From assembly GCA_964016885.1 (NCBI GenBank), contig OZ024758.1, positions 12,090,001 to 12,154,000 of the forward strand: DNA of 64,000 nt, read 5' to 3'. A model generated the notes under the pieces. The model saw nothing but the letters and a program-made list of their open reading frames with translations. It made no database searches and was not told where the DNA came from. Below, in pieces: positions 58,697-64,000 of this stretch. Source of the DNA: Eledone cirrhosa (taxonomy: Eukaryota). Each line of letters opens with the position of its first letter. Position 1 is the stretch's first letter. The translations under genes were made by a program, and so were the position numbers.

Positions 58697-58740
58697 TGTC
58701 TGATTACCCTGTAAGAAGCAGGTGAAACTCCAGAGTTACA
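58697..58740 (+). ncRNA. Degenerate hammerhead (CUGAUUA core) with inverted duplication 58727-58848 around (TA)n
   Basis: TGT CTGATTA CCCTG TAAGAAG CAGGT GAA ACTC CA GAGT T ACA. Confidence 0.5.
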
Positions 58741-58766
58741 AAATGCATTATTTAGACTTAATAGAA

Positions 58767-58808
<42 letters not shown>

Positions 58809-58845
58809 TTCTATTAAGTCTAAATAATGCATTTTGTAACTCTGG

Positions 58846-59014
<169 letters not shown>

Positions 59015-59149
59015 GCGTGTGTGTGCGTGTGCGTGTGCGTGTGTTATATTTCCGTAGAAAAGATAAAAGAAAGAAGAGTGCTCTATGTATAGTACAGGGT
59101 TATTTTTTATTATATGATTATATATGTTACATTTTAAATTACGTGTAGC

Positions 59150-59430
59150 CCAGCTGCCATCGTGAATTCGATTTCTGAGGGTGCCCTGTGTCCTTGAGCA
59201 AGTCGCTTTATTTCACGTTACTCCAGTGTCCACTCAGTTGGCAAAAATGAGTTGTACCTGTAATTCAAAGGGCCAACCTTGTCACATTCTGTGTCACACT
59301 GAATCTCCCTAAAAACTACGTTAAGGGTACGCATGTTTATGGAATGCACTTGCACGTTAATTTTACAAGCGGACTGCTTCGTTGATCGTATCAACTGGAA
59401 CACTCGTTGTCGTAAACGACGGAGTGCCAC
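59150..59430 (+). mobile_element. CORE-type SINE with a distinct tail
   Basis: GTGTCCTTGAGCAAGTCGCTTTATTTCACGTT core; ends in (CTA)n. Confidence 0.65.
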
Positions 59431-60322
59431 TACTACTATCAGAAGAGGGCTCTAATTCGCAAGTTGTCCACAGCAGTATTTCGTTCTTATCATTTACTTT
59501 GCTTATCTATGAAACATCTTCTACAATGAACTATTGTAAAATATCTAAACACATATTTGCCAATCAGTAATTCATTAGGTATCAATAAAAGAAAAGAAAA
59601 TCTATATGAATCAATTTTATAGACAAAAGACTGTAAGACATCTAGAGAGCTAATTTTCTGTTTTCTTCAAATGACCTGAAAGAATTTTGGCGAAAATCGT
59701 TAGTTTCTTGATTAGAATAACGAGATAAATATTGTGAAACGTAGTCTTGATTTTCGCCTGGAACCAGCAAATGGTTGAAACAATAGCAGAGAAATAGAAA
59801 TATCAAAAGCTCGTGAGATTAAATATATGTAAGAAATGAAAACGAATTTCCAGACTGACTGTAGGTAACATGGATTAACAGTGATGTGAATATTATCAGA
59901 AACTTGTGTTTTAGTGATAATTACATCCTAATATGAAAGGAAATGAAAGGTAGATTCGACTCCCAGAAGGTTTTCGTCTTTCTCCACTTTTACGTCCAAT
60001 TAAAGTATCTGTACAATAGTGTTTAAAATGTAGTAAACATATACTTACTATTCAAATATGCATGAACAAAGAGAAAATCCATTTGATTGTTGCATTTTAT
60101 TAGCAATGATAGTTGAAATATTCTGAGTTTCAAATAGCACAGGGCTATATTTATATTACACATTCAGTTAATTTGATGTTACATCAAGTATATAAAGAAT
60201 TCTGATAGATTTTGCATGAACATTTCTCATTTTTCTAAGAGGTATTGAATAATACAATTATTTTCATATACTATATACAATATATAATATTTATGTAATA
60301 TGATATATAGACATAATATATG

Positions 60323-60374
<52 letters not shown>

Positions 60375-60443
60375 TATGTACACATACATACATATATGTA
60401 TACAGACGTACAGTAGTATGTATATATACATACATGCACACAC

Positions 60444-60499
<56 letters not shown>

Positions 60500-61042
60500 A
60501 TTATTATTATTATCATTATTTATAAATTCTTTTCTAACAAAATACCAAGCAGTAATTTTAAAGAATATTTTATCTTTGTTCTCTTGGTAATAAATACATT
60601 ACATGGCTATATACTTATATATAAATATATAAATATAACAACCAAAACTGCAATTCTATGCTAAGTGTACAATATTTATTTTAAAAATATAGACCCCATT
60701 TGTTTCCAATTTTGACGTCGTCTATATTGTGCGGTGCATTATATTGTATAAATCCAATGTAGGATATGATGGTATTACCTCAATTATATCAAACACACTC
60801 TCTTTATATAGCGGAATACATCAATACACACACACACACTGCCCTTCCTCTCTGTCTATCATTGTACCTCTCTCTCTCGGTTTTAAGTGAAAGAGCTATA
60901 ATCCCTTCAAATTACAACTGGAGATATGTCCCAAACATACATGTATTCATACTCAAATATATAATAATGTATCAAATATAAACGTCTCCTATCTCACACT
61001 ATATATATATGTATATATATGTATATATTGTGAAAGAGTGAA

Positions 61043-61092
<50 letters not shown>

Positions 61093-61232
61093 TTTGGGAG
61101 GGTCATGTTTCCAATAAGAAACACACGCACCAGTAGATTTCACTTCAATTTATTATGAATTAAATTTATAAATTTAGGAATTTATAAATTTCCGGTTGGT
61201 TGCTTCCACAACCAGATGATTGTTCATATATT

Positions 61233-61275
61233 GTCAAAGTTCTTTCGTCACACATTATGTGACCTCTTCAGTGAC
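61233..61275 (-). ncRNA. Minimal hammerhead ribozyme (element 61091-61294)
   Basis: GTCA CTGAAGA G GTCACA TAATG TGTGAC GAA AGAACT T TGAC. Confidence 0.75.
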
Positions 61276-61416
61276 TGGGGATTCAGAAACGAAATATATA
61301 TATATATATACATATATATGTAAATTGTCAAAATGAAATTTCATTTCTCACTCTTAGTACGGCTGTTACTTAAATATATAAGTATGTACTTAAATATAAA
61401 GTATATACTTTCAAAC

Positions 61417-61503
61417 GTTCAATCAACTGACAGGAAGGTATACGGTGCTGATGACAGCTAATAAGCTAGAAACTAGTTCATCGTTCCTTTGTCAGTGTTG
61501 AAC
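61417..61503 (+). ncRNA. Type I hammerhead ribozyme with long bulged stem I (element 61320-61690)
   Basis: GTTCAA..ACTGACA..AAGG..ACGGTG CTGATGA CAGC TAATAA GCTA GAA ACTAGT T CATCGT..CCTT TGTCAGT G TTGAAC. Confidence 0.8.
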
Positions 61504-61969
61504 AAAATGGCAACGATGGTTGCCGAACACTGTACGGCTAATAATTCGAGCTGTTTGTTTACTAACAAACCGAGCATTATAATAAATGTTCGGTAAACCC
61601 ATACGTACATATATATGTGTGTGTGCATGTATGTATATACATACTACTGTACGTCTGTATACATATATATATGTACGTATACATAGTTATATATATATAT
61701 GTGTATATATATATATATATATGATTTCTCGTAGGAGGATGAAAATTGGGGGGAAAAAAGTAAAATGAGAAAATGTGTGAGGGAGGATTTGACAGCGGTG
61801 AATAAAGGAAATATTGAAAAGTGAAAGGGAAAGTAAGAAGAGAGACGAGGAAAAGGTGAAAAAATAAATAAAGGCAAAGAAAGAATCGGAGAGATGTAAA
61901 GAAAATATAAAATATAATGAATATATAATACCAAAAATATTTAAATGTAGAGAAAAATAGAATATATAC

Positions 61970-62003
<34 letters not shown>

Positions 62004-62171
62004 GACGGTGGGTAGGGAAGACGTAAGTATATTTTCTTACTTTGATGATTTGTAATATAGTTTACATAGATCAATAATAGAATGGACATACGGAGAACTA
62101 CCCCCCAGAAACGTTCGTAAAATAATGAGTTTTACTATGAATTACCCGTATTTTGTTTAATTTCATTGTTT

Positions 62172-64000
<1,829 letters not shown>

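Overview
Very AT-rich eukaryotic non-coding DNA saturated with (TA)n, (CA)n, (GATA)n and (AAT)n microsatellites. The repeat content is most consistent with a cephalopod (octopus-like) genome; this is inferred from the SINE types. No host protein-coding gene is supported, and almost all ORFs in the track are microsatellite translations. Recognisable content: ~25 tRNA-derived Meta-type SINE copies, several CORE/V-type SINEs, a frameshifted Chapaev3-type (CMC) DNA transposon with intact CACCGTGTAACA TIRs, hAT, Tc1 and Helitron-like non-autonomous elements, and 3' fragments of RTE, Tx1/L1-like, R4/Dong-like and CRE-like LINEs. The main unexplained signal is about a dozen complete or near-complete minimal type I hammerhead ribozyme (HHR) motifs, plus half-motifs, in roughly ten sequence-unrelated families of short elements. 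These elements sit in (TA)n tracts, share a small 3' ACTC..GAGT hairpin, and often form palindromes hinged on ribozyme helices. This fits Penelope-like/retrozyme-type elements that target (TA)n and show both fold-back and twin-priming junctions. All structures were read by eye and none is experimentally or computationally validated; coordinates are approximate to a few bases.
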